From contig JBFXDF010000001.1 in NCBI GenBank assembly GCA_050181375.1, positions 1 to 48,013 on the forward strand: 48,013 bases of DNA, given 5' to 3'. Of this stretch, positions 8,407 to 17,439 are shown piece by piece. Under the pieces are notes generated by a model, which did not search any database, was not told the origin of the DNA, and was given only the letters and a program-made list of their open reading frames with translations. The stretch's first letter is position 1. Each line of letters starts with the position of its first letter. Source of the DNA: Alphaproteobacteria bacterium (GTDB lineage: Bacteria; Pseudomonadota; Alphaproteobacteria; ATCC43930; CGMCC-115725). Both the position numbers and the translations under genes were made by a program.

Positions 8407-9357
8407 TCACCCGCCCAATATGGTCCCGACCGGGATGTCCACCTCGCTCGATTTGACCTTGGCGCCGTTGCCGAGGCGCAGCCGCGAGCATTCGATAAAC
8501 CCGCCCTGTCCCAGGATGCGCAGCCCCTCGGGGCCGGCCGACACGACCTCGCCAATCTTCTTGCCGCGCACCGTGCCGAAGGTCGGCGCCATGATCTTTT
8601 TCGAGTCGAACAGGTAGAGCTTCTGCGCTTCGGCGCCCTCGGCACTGTCCTGGGGCGTGAAAGTCGTCCAGGCCCCCGGCGCCGGGTTGCAGCCGCGGAT
8701 CAGGTCATAGATAAAATCGACGTGGTTGGCCCAGTTGATCCGCGCTTCGGCCTCGCGCACCCAGCCCTCGTAGGTTGCCTGGCTTTCGTCCTGCGTCCAC
8801 TCGGTGGCGCGGCCGGATACGACCAGATCGGCCGCCTGTACCAGCGCCTCGACCCCGAGCGGGAAGATCTTGTCGAAATAAAGCGAGGCGGCGGTGTCGT
8901 CGGGTCCGATCGCGACCCGCTTCTGCAGAATGACCGGTCCCTCGTCGAGCCCCGGGGTCGGCCGGAAAATCGTCAGCCCGGTTTCGCCGCGGCCGCGAAT
9001 TATCGCCCACGGGATCGAGGCCGGGCCGCGATGCAGCGGCAACAGCGACGGGTGGAACTGGATCATCCCGTGCTTCGGGATCGCGCAGAACTCGGGCGGC
9101 GCGAACAGCAGGACATAGGCCATCACGCCGAGATCGGCGTTGAGCCCGCGCAAGGCGTTCTGGGCCTCTGGATCGGAATATTTCGGAAAGCGGTAGACGG
9201 ACAGCTTCTTTTCCTCGGCCGCGGCAACCAGCGGATCGGGGCGCGCTCCGGGTCTTTCAGGCGCCGCGAAGACGCCGGCAATCTCGTCGCCGCGCGCCAT
9301 GAATGCGTCGAGCACGGCCTTGCCGAAAGCCTGCTGACCGACGATGACAATGCGCAT
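8407..9357 (-). CDS. Formyltransferase family protein (Fmt-like, N-terminal formyl_trans plus C-terminal domain)
   Basis: Internal ATG preceded by GGAGGG. MRIVIVGQQAFG..., IQFHPSLLPLHRGPASIPWAII (HxSLLPxxRG motif) and TGLTIF. Confidence 0.8.
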   Translation of the reverse strand: MRIVIVGQQAFGKAVLDAFMARGDEIAGVFAAPERPGARPDPLVAAAEEKKLSVYRFPKYSDPEAQNALRGLNADLGVMAYVLLFAPPEFCAIPKHGMIQFHPSLLPLHRGPASIPWAIIRGRGETGLTIFRPTPGLDEGPVILQKRVAIGPDDTAASLYFDKIFPLGVEALVQAADLVVSGRATEWTQDESQATYEGWVREAEARINWANHVDFIYDLIRGCNPAPGAWTTFTPQDSAEGAEAQKLYLFDSKKIMAPTFGTVRGKKIGEVVSAGPEGLRILGQGGFIECSRLRLGNGAKVKSSEVDIPVGTILGG

Positions 9358-9529
9358 CTCGCCTCCCTCAATCCGATCGGTACCGTCTGGGCGCAGAGTT
9401 CCACGCGCGCCGCCTGTCGGCAAGCCCATCGGGAAGCCGTCTCGGCGGTCTCGTCACGCCCATGGCGCGGCATGGCCCGTTCCGCTACTGTCGCCGCCGA
9501 TTGGCAACTACCCCGATGGTTCCACGTCC

Positions 9530-9928
9530 ATGCTCACGATGCGAATGCCGTTGCTGTGCGCCGCTCTGCTTATCGTATCCGCCGCGCTCGCGCCGCCGGG
9601 ATGGGCTCAGGAAAGCAACCGCTTTCTGGTCTATTTCGACGAATTCAGCGCCAATCTGACGCAGAAGTCGCGCGACGTGATTGCCGACGCCGCCAAAAAA
9701 GCCCGCGAGACCAATGCAAAGGGGATCCGGATCGAGGCCAGGGCCAGCGCCACCGGATCGCAGAAGGCGAATCATTACCTCGCCCAGACGCGCAGCCAGG
9801 TCGTTGCCGACGAGCTCGAACATGACGGGGTCAACCCGGCCACGGTGCAGCAGGTGCCGATCGGCCAGACCGGTTCCGAGGACCCCAGCGTCGCCGAACG
9901 CCGGGTCGATATCGTGCTCGAACACTGA
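9530..9928 (+). CDS. OmpA-family (OmpA_C-like) exported protein
   Basis: Internal ATG. Signal peptide MLTMRMPLLCAALLIVSAALAPPGWA. The C-terminal end ...YLAQTRSQVVADELEHDGV...AERRVDIVL resembles OmpA C-terminal domains. Confidence 0.7.
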   Translation: MLTMRMPLLCAALLIVSAALAPPGWAQESNRFLVYFDEFSANLTQKSRDVIADAAKKARETNAKGIRIEARASATGSQKANHYLAQTRSQVVADELEHDGVNPATVQQVPIGQTGSEDPSVAERRVDIVLEH

Positions 9929-9957
9929 CTCCAGGGACGGTCCGGCCGCTGTTTGCG

Positions 9958-10392
9958 CTATTTTTTCGCCAACAGGTCGCGGATGCCGCGCAACGCGAGT
10001 TCGTAGCCGGCGATACCGAAGCCGGCAACGACGCCCTGGCTGACCGCGGCGGTCTGCGACGCCGGCCCGCGCCGTATCGGGTTCGAGATATGGACCTCGA
10101 TCGTCGGGAACTTGACCTGAGAGATCGCCGCGATCAGCGCCGGATAGCCGGAGCCGAACGCCGCCGGGTTGAAGATCGCCGCATCGATGCCGGCGTCGTT
10201 GGCCTGATACAGCCGGTTGACGATCTCGCCCTCGAGATTTGAGTGAAAAATCTCGACGTCGAGACCGAGATCGCGCGCGTAGGCGCGAATGCGCTCGTCG
10301 TATTCCGGCAAGGTCATCGGTCCGAAAATCTCGGTCTGGACCTTGCCGCGCATGTTCATGCCGGCGCCGTGGACGACCAGAACCCGTGGCAT
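9958..10392 (-). CDS. aroQ: Type II 3-dehydroquinate dehydratase
   Basis: 144 aa, with VLVVHGAGMNMRGK, FHSNLEGEIV and TIEVHISNP. Confidence 0.9.
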   Translation of the reverse strand: MPRVLVVHGAGMNMRGKVQTEIFGPMTLPEYDERIRAYARDLGLDVEIFHSNLEGEIVNRLYQANDAGIDAAIFNPAAFGSGYPALIAAISQVKFPTIEVHISNPIRRGPASQTAAVSQGVVAGFGIAGYELALRGIRDLLAKK

Positions 10393-10584
10393 GATGCCTC
10401 CCTTCTCCGAAGTATCGAGACCAGACTACCGCGGACGCTGCGCCGCGAGCCGCGCCAATGCAGATTCGGCCGTGCTGCGTAAGGAACGACCGGCGCGGTT
10501 CGGGAGGCGCTCGTTAACCGACTACCGGCGATCGATCATCCCCGGGTCTGCCCCGGGGATTCATGCCGGTGTTGCCGGGGTCTG

Positions 10585-11187
10585 CTACTTTGCCTTCGCC
10601 AGGTTCTGGGCGACGAAGTCCCAGTTGATCAGATGGTCGAGAAAGGCCTGCACGAAATCGGGCCGGCGGTTCTGGAAATCGAGATAATAGGCGTGCTCCC
10701 AGACGTCGCAGGTCAACAGCGCCGTCTGGCCCTGCGCCATCGGGTTGACGGCGTTCGGCGTGCTGGCGATCGACAGCTTGCCGCCGCTGGCGACGAGCCA
10801 GGCCCAGCCGCTGCCGAACTGGCCGACGGCGCGCGCCTTGAAATCGTCCTTGAATTTCTGCAGCCCGCCGAGATCACGGTCGATCGCCTGAGCGACATCG
10901 CCGCTCGGATTGCCGCCGCCGCCCGGCTTCATGCAGTTCCAGAAAAAGGTGTGGTTCCACACCTGCGCGGCATTGTTGAAAATTCCGGTCTTGGACTGGT
11001 CGTTGGCGGTCGCCCGGATGATCTCCTCGAGCGACTGGTTTTCCATCGGCGTGCCTTTGACCAGATTGTTGAGGTTGGTCACATAGGCCTGATGGTGCTT
11101 GCCGTGGTGGAAATCGAGCGTCTGCGCCGAGGTATGCGGTTCGAGCGCGTTCTTCGGGTATGGGAGGGGGGGCAGTTCGAAAGCCAT
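10585..11187 (-). CDS. sodB: Fe/Mn superoxide dismutase (Fe-type by resemblance)
   Basis: MAFELPPLPY, FHHGKHHQAY, AAQVWNHTFFW and DVWEHAYYLD. Start at the internal ATG (codon 29 of the track ORF). Confidence 0.92.
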   Translation of the reverse strand: MAFELPPLPYPKNALEPHTSAQTLDFHHGKHHQAYVTNLNNLVKGTPMENQSLEEIIRATANDQSKTGIFNNAAQVWNHTFFWNCMKPGGGGNPSGDVAQAIDRDLGGLQKFKDDFKARAVGQFGSGWAWLVASGGKLSIASTPNAVNPMAQGQTALLTCDVWEHAYYLDFQNRRPDFVQAFLDHLINWDFVAQNLAKAK

Positions 11188-11251
11188 GATTGTCCTTTCC
11201 GTCCTTTTAGCTGGGGTTGATTGGCGGACATCGGTGAGGACGCAGGATAGT

Positions 11252-12181
11252 GTGAGCGCCGAAACGCGCAAGGGGCGTGTGCCCGATGCAGCCGCCGCCC
11301 CGCGTTCTGCTCCCGATCTGCCGGCGGCAGGCGCGCCGGCCGCGGGACTGTCGGCGGTGGGCGCGATCGTGCGCCGTCGCGACCGCGACCGCTATCAGAC
11401 GGCGCTGTTCGCGCCCGCCGATCGGCGGGAAGCGCTGTTCGCGCTCTACGCGTTCAATTTCGAGATCGCGCGGATACGCGAGGCCGTCACCCAGCCGATG
11501 CTCGGCCAGATACGGCTGCAATGGTGGCGCGAGGTCATCGAGGCGGCTTTTTCGGGCGGACCGGCTCGCCGGCATGAAGTCGCGCTGCCGCTGGTCACGA
11601 CGATCCGGAACTTCGGGCTGTCACGGGCCTCGTTCGACCGGATCATCGACACGCGCGAGCGCGATCTGGACGACACGCCGCCAGCCGACCTTGCCGCTCT
11701 GATCGAATATGCCGAGGGCACCTCTTCGGCATTGCTGGTACTGGCCCTGGAGGCGCTCGGGACCCTGGAGCCAGCCACGGGCGAGGCGGCGCGCGACATC
11801 GGGATCGCCTATGCGCTCGCCGGCCTGCTGCGGGCAATGCCGTTCCACGCCGCGTCAGGCCGCCGCTACATCCCGGAGCATGTTGCGGTAACGGTCGGCC
11901 TCGATCCGGCGGACTACGCGCGGCGCCGCAATACGTCGGAGCTGCGCACCGCGACAGAGATGCTGACGGAGGCGGCGGCTGCCCATCTCGCTTCCGGCCG
12001 GCGTAGTGTCGGACGAATACCACGCCGGTCGCTCGCGGCACTGTTGCCGGCGGTGATCGCCGACCGGTATTTGCTGCGCCTGAAGCGGGCTGGGTTCAAT
12101 CCGTTCGCGCCCGAACTGGCCGCGCCCGACCCGCTGCAGAGCTGGCGTCTTGCGGCCGCCGCGCTGCGCCGCCGGTTCTAA
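11252..12181 (+). CDS. Squalene/phytoene synthase family protein (NDUFAF6-like)
   Basis: RDRDRYQTALFAPADRREALFALYAFNFEIARIRE...QIRLQWWRE. The start is uncertain (GTG 11252 or 11279). The upstream ATG would collide with the sodB start. Confidence 0.7.
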   Translation: MSAETRKGRVPDAAAAPRSAPDLPAAGAPAAGLSAVGAIVRRRDRDRYQTALFAPADRREALFALYAFNFEIARIREAVTQPMLGQIRLQWWREVIEAAFSGGPARRHEVALPLVTTIRNFGLSRASFDRIIDTRERDLDDTPPADLAALIEYAEGTSSALLVLALEALGTLEPATGEAARDIGIAYALAGLLRAMPFHAASGRRYIPEHVAVTVGLDPADYARRRNTSELRTATEMLTEAAAAHLASGRRSVGRIPRRSLAALLPAVIADRYLLRLKRAGFNPFAPELAAPDPLQSWRLAAAALRRRF

Positions 12182-12214
12182 AAGTTGAATGCCGCAGGGC
12201 GGGTGAAGCGGAGC

Positions 12215-12252
12215 GCAACCCGCCATCGGTTCCGCCCGGCACGGCGGGTTGC
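12215..12252. terminator. 10-bp GC-rich hairpin between convergent genes (possible bidirectional terminator)
   Basis: GCAACCCGCC (12215-12224) pairs with GGCGGGTTGC (12243-12252). No clear U-tract. Confidence 0.4.
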
Positions 12253-12282
12253 ACCCGGCTTACCAGGCTCCACCCTCCGACC

Positions 12283-13080
12283 TCACCGTCCCTTGAAGTC
12301 GGGCAGGCGGCGTTCGGCGTAGGCCTTGATGCCTTCGCGGAAATCCTCGGTGCGGCGCAGCCAGTCCTGTTCGACAAGCTCGCGCTCGGTGGCGGCCTCG
12401 ACCGCGTCGATCAGGCCGCGCCGCAGCGTCTCACGCGTCGCGAGCACGGCGAGCGGCGAGGATTGCGCGATTTCGAGCGCGAGCGCCTGAGCCGCGCTGC
12501 GCACCTCGGCCTGCGCCACGAGCTGGTCGGCGAGACCGATCCGCACCGCCTCCGAGCCGGAGATGCGGCGGCCGGTATAGAACAACAGCGCCGCCTGCTG
12601 CGCCCCGACGAGGCGCGGCAGAGTCACCGTCAGCCCGAAGCCGGGGTGGAAGCCGAGCCGGTTGAAATTGGCGCTGAACCGTGCCTCCTCGCAGGTGACC
12701 CGGAAATCCGGGACGAGCGCGAGGCCAAGACCGCCGCCCACCGCCGCGCCGTGGATCGCGCCGACGACCGGCTTTGCGGTGCGGAACAGGCGGATCGCTT
12801 CCTTGTACAGGTGCCTGCCGCCGCCGCTGCGCGCGGATTCCTGTACCGTGCCGGTGTCCATGCGCTCCGAAAAATTGGCGCCGGCGCAGAAATGACGGCC
12901 CTCGGCGGCGAGCACGATCGTGCGGATGGCGGGATCGGCGTCGATGCGCTCGAACGCCTGACCAATCTCGGCGATCAGCGCCGCGTCGAAGAAATTGTTC
13001 GGCGGCCGCCGCATCTCGACCGTCGCGACGAGGCCGTCGGTCGTGACGGCGATTTCGTTGAAGCCGGTGTAATCGGTCAC
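12283..13080 (-). CDS. Enoyl-CoA hydratase/isomerase (crotonase) family protein
   Basis: 265 aa, with VLAAEGRHFCAGANF and GAIHGAAVGGGLGLAL, the crotonase oxyanion-hole segments. Confidence 0.85.
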   Translation of the reverse strand: MTDYTGFNEIAVTTDGLVATVEMRRPPNNFFDAALIAEIGQAFERIDADPAIRTIVLAAEGRHFCAGANFSERMDTGTVQESARSGGGRHLYKEAIRLFRTAKPVVGAIHGAAVGGGLGLALVPDFRVTCEEARFSANFNRLGFHPGFGLTVTLPRLVGAQQAALLFYTGRRISGSEAVRIGLADQLVAQAEVRSAAQALALEIAQSSPLAVLATRETLRRGLIDAVEAATERELVEQDWLRRTEDFREGIKAYAERRLPDFKGR

Positions 13081-13396
13081 GTCGTCATCTCCTCAAGGAC
13101 CAGAGAGATACGAATTTTCAGGAAGAAGAATTACACGGAAACGCCATCCCGGCGAAAGCCGGGACCCATTAATCCGCATCCCGGGCGGTTCAGAAATGGC
13201 TCTCGCCTCTCGCTTTCGCCGGGCTGGCGTTCTATTTTGCCCTCTCGTCGAGTCCTCGTGTCGCGGCTTCCATTGGGAGCCGAGGCGGCGGCACGACGCA
13301 AGAGGTTTTCCCGACGCGCGATCAGAGCTTGAACTGACCGGCGGTTGAACGCGCGAGGCTAGAACCGGCTGGAAGCGGCGCGGCCCGGCGGATAAG

Positions 13397-14002
13397 TCAG
13401 GCTGCGATTTCCTCGATCGCGCCGCCGGCAAGGCGGAAGACGCGATCCTGCGGCACCGCAAGGCGCAGCGCCTCACCGCGCGGTATCCCGGCGTAAAGGC
13501 CGCGCAGCACCCGCGTGACGACGCCGTGCGCGACGGCGATGACCGGAGCCTCGCCGAGATCGGCGAGAAACGCGGCGATGCGAGCGGCGAAGGCGTCATA
13601 GGTCTCGCCGTCTTGGGTGTGGAAATACCATTCCCAGCGGCCCGCCTCGCCGGCGAAGAGTTCCGGGGCGCGGCGCCTGATCTCGCGCTTGTCGAGCCCA
13701 TCCCAGGAGCCGAGCGAAATCTCGCGCAGCCGCTCGTCGATGCGGACGGATCGGGAGAGGCTTCGCCGATCGCTCAGGTGTTCGGCGATGATCCCGGCGG
13801 TATGGCGGGCGCGGCCGAGCGGGCTGGCGACGATGTCGGCTCCTTCCGCCTCCGGCAGGCGGGACAGCAGACGGCCGATCGCCGCGGCCTGTGCGATGCC
13901 CTGCGCGGTCAGCGGCGAGTCCCCCCAGCCCTGATACCGCCTGAGCCGGTTCCACTCGGTCTCGCCGTGCCGCACCAGCAGAATGGTGGCGCGACGGTTC
14001 AC
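13397..14002 (-). CDS. Histidine phosphatase (phosphoglycerate mutase) family protein
   Basis: ILLVRHGETEWN (RHG motif). 201 aa. Overlaps the GNAT stop by 4 nt. Confidence 0.85.
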   Translation of the reverse strand: MNRRATILLVRHGETEWNRLRRYQGWGDSPLTAQGIAQAAAIGRLLSRLPEAEGADIVASPLGRARHTAGIIAEHLSDRRSLSRSVRIDERLREISLGSWDGLDKREIRRRAPELFAGEAGRWEWYFHTQDGETYDAFAARIAAFLADLGEAPVIAVAHGVVTRVLRGLYAGIPRGEALRLAVPQDRVFRLAGGAIEEIAA

Positions 14003-14529
14003 GCGGGGGGCCTCCCGAGGCGGTAAAGGACGTGGCGGCGCAGCTTATGACCCGGCGGGAAGCGCGGGTGATCGAAATCCTCCGAGGGATCGCGGGTCAT
14101 TCCGAGCCGTGTCATGACCCGTCGCGAAGCCTCGTTTGCGGGCACGGTGAAGGCGACGATCTCGCCGAGGCCGAGGCGGCCGAACCCGTCGGCGACGGCG
14201 GCCCGCGCAGCCTCGATCGCGAACCCCCTGCCCTGGTAAGCGGGCGCCAAACGCCACGCCGCCTCGACAGCCGGCGTGAACGGCAAGGCAAAGCGGACAT
14301 GCGCCAGCCCGACGACGCCGATGAACGGCGCCTCGCCCGAAAGCTCGACAACAAACTGGCCGAACCCGTGCTCCTTCCAATGCGCGCGCACTCGGGGAAC
14401 CCAGTCGGCATCGGGAGGCGGAAGATGGGGCAGCGACCTCGGGTCGGCCGGGAGCGCAGCGAACGCGGCCGCATCGTCGTCGCGCCATTCGCGCAGCAGC
14501 AGCCGCGCCGTGCGCAGCGCGACAGCCAT
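13999..14529 (-). CDS. GNAT family N-acetyltransferase (RimJ/RimL-like)
   Basis: 176 aa, with RTARLLLREWRDDD and AYQGRGFAIEAARAAV. Its start codon directly abuts the upstream stop. Confidence 0.8.
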   Translation of the reverse strand: MAVALRTARLLLREWRDDDAAAFAALPADPRSLPHLPPPDADWVPRVRAHWKEHGFGQFVVELSGEAPFIGVVGLAHVRFALPFTPAVEAAWRLAPAYQGRGFAIEAARAAVADGFGRLGLGEIVAFTVPANEASRRVMTRLGMTRDPSEDFDHPRFPPGHKLRRHVLYRLGRPPA

Positions 14530-14772
14530 TTATTTCTTCCCCGGCCTGCCGCCCATCTGGCCGAGAAACATCTCCTGCAATTTCTCGAACCCTTGCATTC
14601 CGGCGGGCAGCCAGGTCTTCAGGATTGCCTCCGAGTCCAGCGCCTTGACCCCGGCCCGCATCCGCTCCTCGACCTCCTTGAGCAGCGCCTCCTGCATCGG
14701 CCGGACATCCGGTAGACCAAAAAACCCACGCAACTCCTCGGGGGTACAATCGATGTCGAGCTTTATTTTCAT
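14530..14772 (-). CDS. Small conserved alphaproteobacterial-type protein module (80 aa), possibly translated independently
   Basis: ATG at 14770-14772 sits 4 nt after GGAGG. MKIKLDIDCTPEELRGFFGLPDVRPMQE... resembles stand-alone small proteins that I recall as a DUF family (DUF6489). This is from memory and unverified. Confidence 0.45.
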   Translation of the reverse strand: MKIKLDIDCTPEELRGFFGLPDVRPMQEALLKEVEERMRAGVKALDSEAILKTWLPAGMQGFEKLQEMFLGQMGGRPGKK

Positions 14773-15714
14773 GATGCCTCCGGCGCTGGCCGCTTCACCG
14801 CCGCCCGAGGCCCATCTGGCGAGCACGGCGGCGCCAAGCAGCCCGTAGGGATTGCACAGCGTCTCGGGCAGGTCGAGATGGCTGTAATGCTCGCCGACGA
14901 GCAATTCAACCGGCTTGCCGGTGGCGCGCAGGGCGGCGGCGAAGTCGCGCGCCTGACGCTGGAACTCCGGTGTCTCATGGGTTCCGTAGGCGACGATAAC
15001 AGGCGCGCGCAGCCGCGCAATATGCCGAGCCGGGCTGAGCTTCTCGATCATCCCAGCGGTGAACTTCACGTAAGACGAGCGGTGCGACAGGCTGACCGGG
15101 TGCAGATCGTACATGCCGCTGCCGCACAGCCCGCCCTTGATGATATCGCGTGGCAGGCCGTGGTCGCGTTCCCAGTCTGCGGTCAGCGCCACCGCGGCGA
15201 GATGCGCCCCCGACGAATGCCCGCCGATATAAATCCGCTCCGGGTCGCCGCCGAAGCTCGCGGCATTCTGATAGACCCAGGCGATAGCGCGGCACACCTG
15301 CTCGGCCATTGGAAAGAGGCTGCCGCCGGCATCCTGCACCGTCGTGAAATCCGGCGCGATGTAGTGCGCCCCTTCGCGCACGAACATCTCGGCCGGGGCG
15401 GAATACTGCGCCGCCGAGCCGGCCCGCCACGCACCGCCGTGAATAAAGACAAAGACCGGGGCCGGCGCCGGAGTGCCGGTGCGGAAGATGTCCAGTTCCT
15501 CGACCTGATGCGGTCCGTAGCGGCGGCGCAACGGCGGGCCGAGACGGGCGCGGGTGCGCGCGCTGTTGCTGTGCCAGCGGTCGCGCAATTGCTGGATATG
15601 CGGCATGTACGCCGCCTGATCGTAGGCGGCGTCGAGCTCGGCCTGGGTGTAGCCGAGAAATACCGGCGGCCCCTCCTCGCGCGCTGGCGACGCCGATCTG
15701 GTCAATGGGGGCAT
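14530..15714 (-). CDS. Alpha/beta hydrolase (arylformamidase/esterase-like) fused in frame to a small C-terminal conserved module
   Basis: FVFIHGGAWRAGS (oxyanion HGG) and IGGHSSGAHL (nucleophile elbow). No stop codon occurs before the MKIKLDIDCTPEELRGFFGLPD module. Confidence 0.7.
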   Translation of the reverse strand: MPPLTRSASPAREEGPPVFLGYTQAELDAAYDQAAYMPHIQQLRDRWHSNSARTRARLGPPLRRRYGPHQVEELDIFRTGTPAPAPVFVFIHGGAWRAGSAAQYSAPAEMFVREGAHYIAPDFTTVQDAGGSLFPMAEQVCRAIAWVYQNAASFGGDPERIYIGGHSSGAHLAAVALTADWERDHGLPRDIIKGGLCGSGMYDLHPVSLSHRSSYVKFTAGMIEKLSPARHIARLRAPVIVAYGTHETPEFQRQARDFAAALRATGKPVELLVGEHYSHLDLPETLCNPYGLLGAAVLARWASGGGEAASAGGIMKIKLDIDCTPEELRGFFGLPDVRPMQEALLKEVEERMRAGVKALDSEAILKTWLPAGMQGFEKLQEMFLGQMGGRPGKK

Positions 15715-15751
15715 TCGATGCGCTCACGAAAAATAAAATCCGTCCTTCAGC

Positions 15752-15777
15752 ATCCCGCGGCCGCAGCGTCGCGGGAT
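15752..15777 (-). terminator. Hairpin followed by a T-rich run downstream of the NTF2-like gene
   Basis: ATCCCGCG (15752-15759) pairs with CGCGGGAT (15770-15777). On the minus strand ATTTTATTTTT follows about 10 nt later. Confidence 0.4.
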
Positions 15778-15807
15778 CGATCCCGACACCGTCCGACTCC
15801 GGGCAAA

Positions 15808-16197
15808 TCAGGACCAGAACCGGTCCTCGCGCTGTTCATCGCCCTGGTATTCGCGGAACTCGGTCGCCTTTCCATCGCGCATGCGCCAGACATGCACCTC
15901 CGGAAACGACGCCGAGTTTTCGTTTCGCCGTGCCATGACGGTGGCCAGGACGACGACGAGATCACCCTCGGCCAGCACGTTATGGACATCGATGCCGAAC
16001 GCCCCGCCGGAAAGCTCCATTGTGCGGCGAAAAAAACCGGCGATTGCGTCGTGCCCCTTGTAGTCGCCCGACAGCGGACTGTGACCGGGGACATGCCAGG
16101 TCATCTCCGGGTCGAACGCGGCGAACACCGCCTGGATGTTTCCTTGCGCGAAGTCCTGGTAGGCCTTTCGCACGACTGCAGCATTCGCCTCGCTCAT
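15808..16197 (-). CDS. SnoaL-like / NTF2 family protein
   Basis: 129 aa, with VVRKAYQDFAQGNIQAVFAAFDPEMTWHVPG and VHVWRMRDGKATEFREY. Confidence 0.8.
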   Translation of the reverse strand: MSEANAAVVRKAYQDFAQGNIQAVFAAFDPEMTWHVPGHSPLSGDYKGHDAIAGFFRRTMELSGGAFGIDVHNVLAEGDLVVVLATVMARRNENSASFPEVHVWRMRDGKATEFREYQGDEQREDRFWS

Positions 16198-16270
16198 TTC
16201 CGTCTCCCGAGCCGGTTGGGTCGTCCGCGGCGTGAGCCAGGCGCGGGAAGCGCCGGCCCTGCGGCCCGGA

Positions 16271-17323
16271 TTACGCCGGGAACAAGGCGAAGCATTTGTC
16301 GGAGTTGAAAATCCAGCTCTCGATGTAATCGACGATGACCGGCTCGCGGCCCAGCGCGTGCATCGCGCCGCCGAGGCACACCCAGTTCAGGAATTCCTGC
16401 TGCCCGGCATCCTCGATCTGCGCCGTCGACAGGTCGCGCCAGCGTAAGAGCTTGCCCGAGGCCAGCTCGTCGAAGCGGGCGCGGTCGCCGGCATTGTCGG
16501 GGTAGAGGTAATGGTTCTTCGGCGTCAGAAACGCGTGCGACCAGCTCGACGAGGCGATCAGCGCGACGCGCCACGGGCTGTCGGCGAGGATGCGCGCGGC
16601 CGCGCCGCCGATATCGAAACAGCGCCGCGGGTTCGGCCCCGGCGGATCGACCAGGTTCGGGTCGGCGTCGCCGGTCAGGTGCGCCGTCGAGCCGCGCTTG
16701 GCGATGACCGACGAGCCGTAGCAGTTCACATGAAACGGCACGACCGGGTACGGGAAGCCGGCGCGGTCATAGTCGAGATAGAGGATGGTGTTGATAAACG
16801 CATGCGGCAGTCCGTTCTCGTAGCGCATGCGATAGGCGTAGCTGGTGTCGTAATCGGCCTCGATCAGCTTCGCTGCCAGCGTCGAGGCGCCCGCGAAATG
16901 GCCCTTGGTGCGGAATACCGTGTCCTTGCCCTCGTTCCACACATTCCCACCGGGGCCGGAGTAGCGCGCATAGGGGCGCGACTCGATCTCGTCGCAGGCG
17001 AAGACGCAGAATGACGGGACGCCGTCCTCGCGAAAATTCTCGTACTGATCGTCGCCCCAGATCAGCACGAAGTCGGGGTCGAACGCGTCCAGCGCCTTGC
17101 GCGCCTCGCGGAAGCCATCGACCAGACGCCGCCGGTGTTCCTTCGCGGCGGCGAGCGGGTCGGCCCATTCCCTGCGCATCGGCTCGGGCCAGCGCGCCGG
17201 ATCCTTCAGCGCCTCGGGCACCTGATCGCTGTTCAGCGTGCGGTTCAAGAGGCCCGCCATCTGCTCGTCGGGCTGGATCAGGCCGGGGTAGTGCGTGACG
17301 CCGATGCCGAGAATCTCGCCCAT
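16271..17323 (-). CDS. Class III extradiol ring-cleavage dioxygenase (LigB family)
   Basis: 350 aa, with ILGIGVTHYPG, DFVLIWGDDQYENF and LIASSSWSHAFL. Substrate unknown. Confidence 0.7.
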   Translation of the reverse strand: MGEILGIGVTHYPGLIQPDEQMAGLLNRTLNSDQVPEALKDPARWPEPMRREWADPLAAAKEHRRRLVDGFREARKALDAFDPDFVLIWGDDQYENFREDGVPSFCVFACDEIESRPYARYSGPGGNVWNEGKDTVFRTKGHFAGASTLAAKLIEADYDTSYAYRMRYENGLPHAFINTILYLDYDRAGFPYPVVPFHVNCYGSSVIAKRGSTAHLTGDADPNLVDPPGPNPRRCFDIGGAAARILADSPWRVALIASSSWSHAFLTPKNHYLYPDNAGDRARFDELASGKLLRWRDLSTAQIEDAGQQEFLNWVCLGGAMHALGREPVIVDYIESWIFNSDKCFALFPA

Positions 17324-17439
17324 TTTGCCGCTCCTCCCGTTCGCGGCGGCGCCGCGCCGCCGGTTGGCGCAGTTATACCACGAATGGGGCGCCGTTTCGC
17401 GGCGCCTGTCCCGGCGGCAGCGGCCTTATTTGAAGGACG

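Noticed and set aside
10540-10584. The ATCCCCGGG...CCCGGGGAT palindrome downstream of sodB, considered as a distinct regulatory element.
   Set aside because: It is most simply the sodB transcription terminator or a REP-type hairpin. There is no U-tract or second copy in the window to say more.
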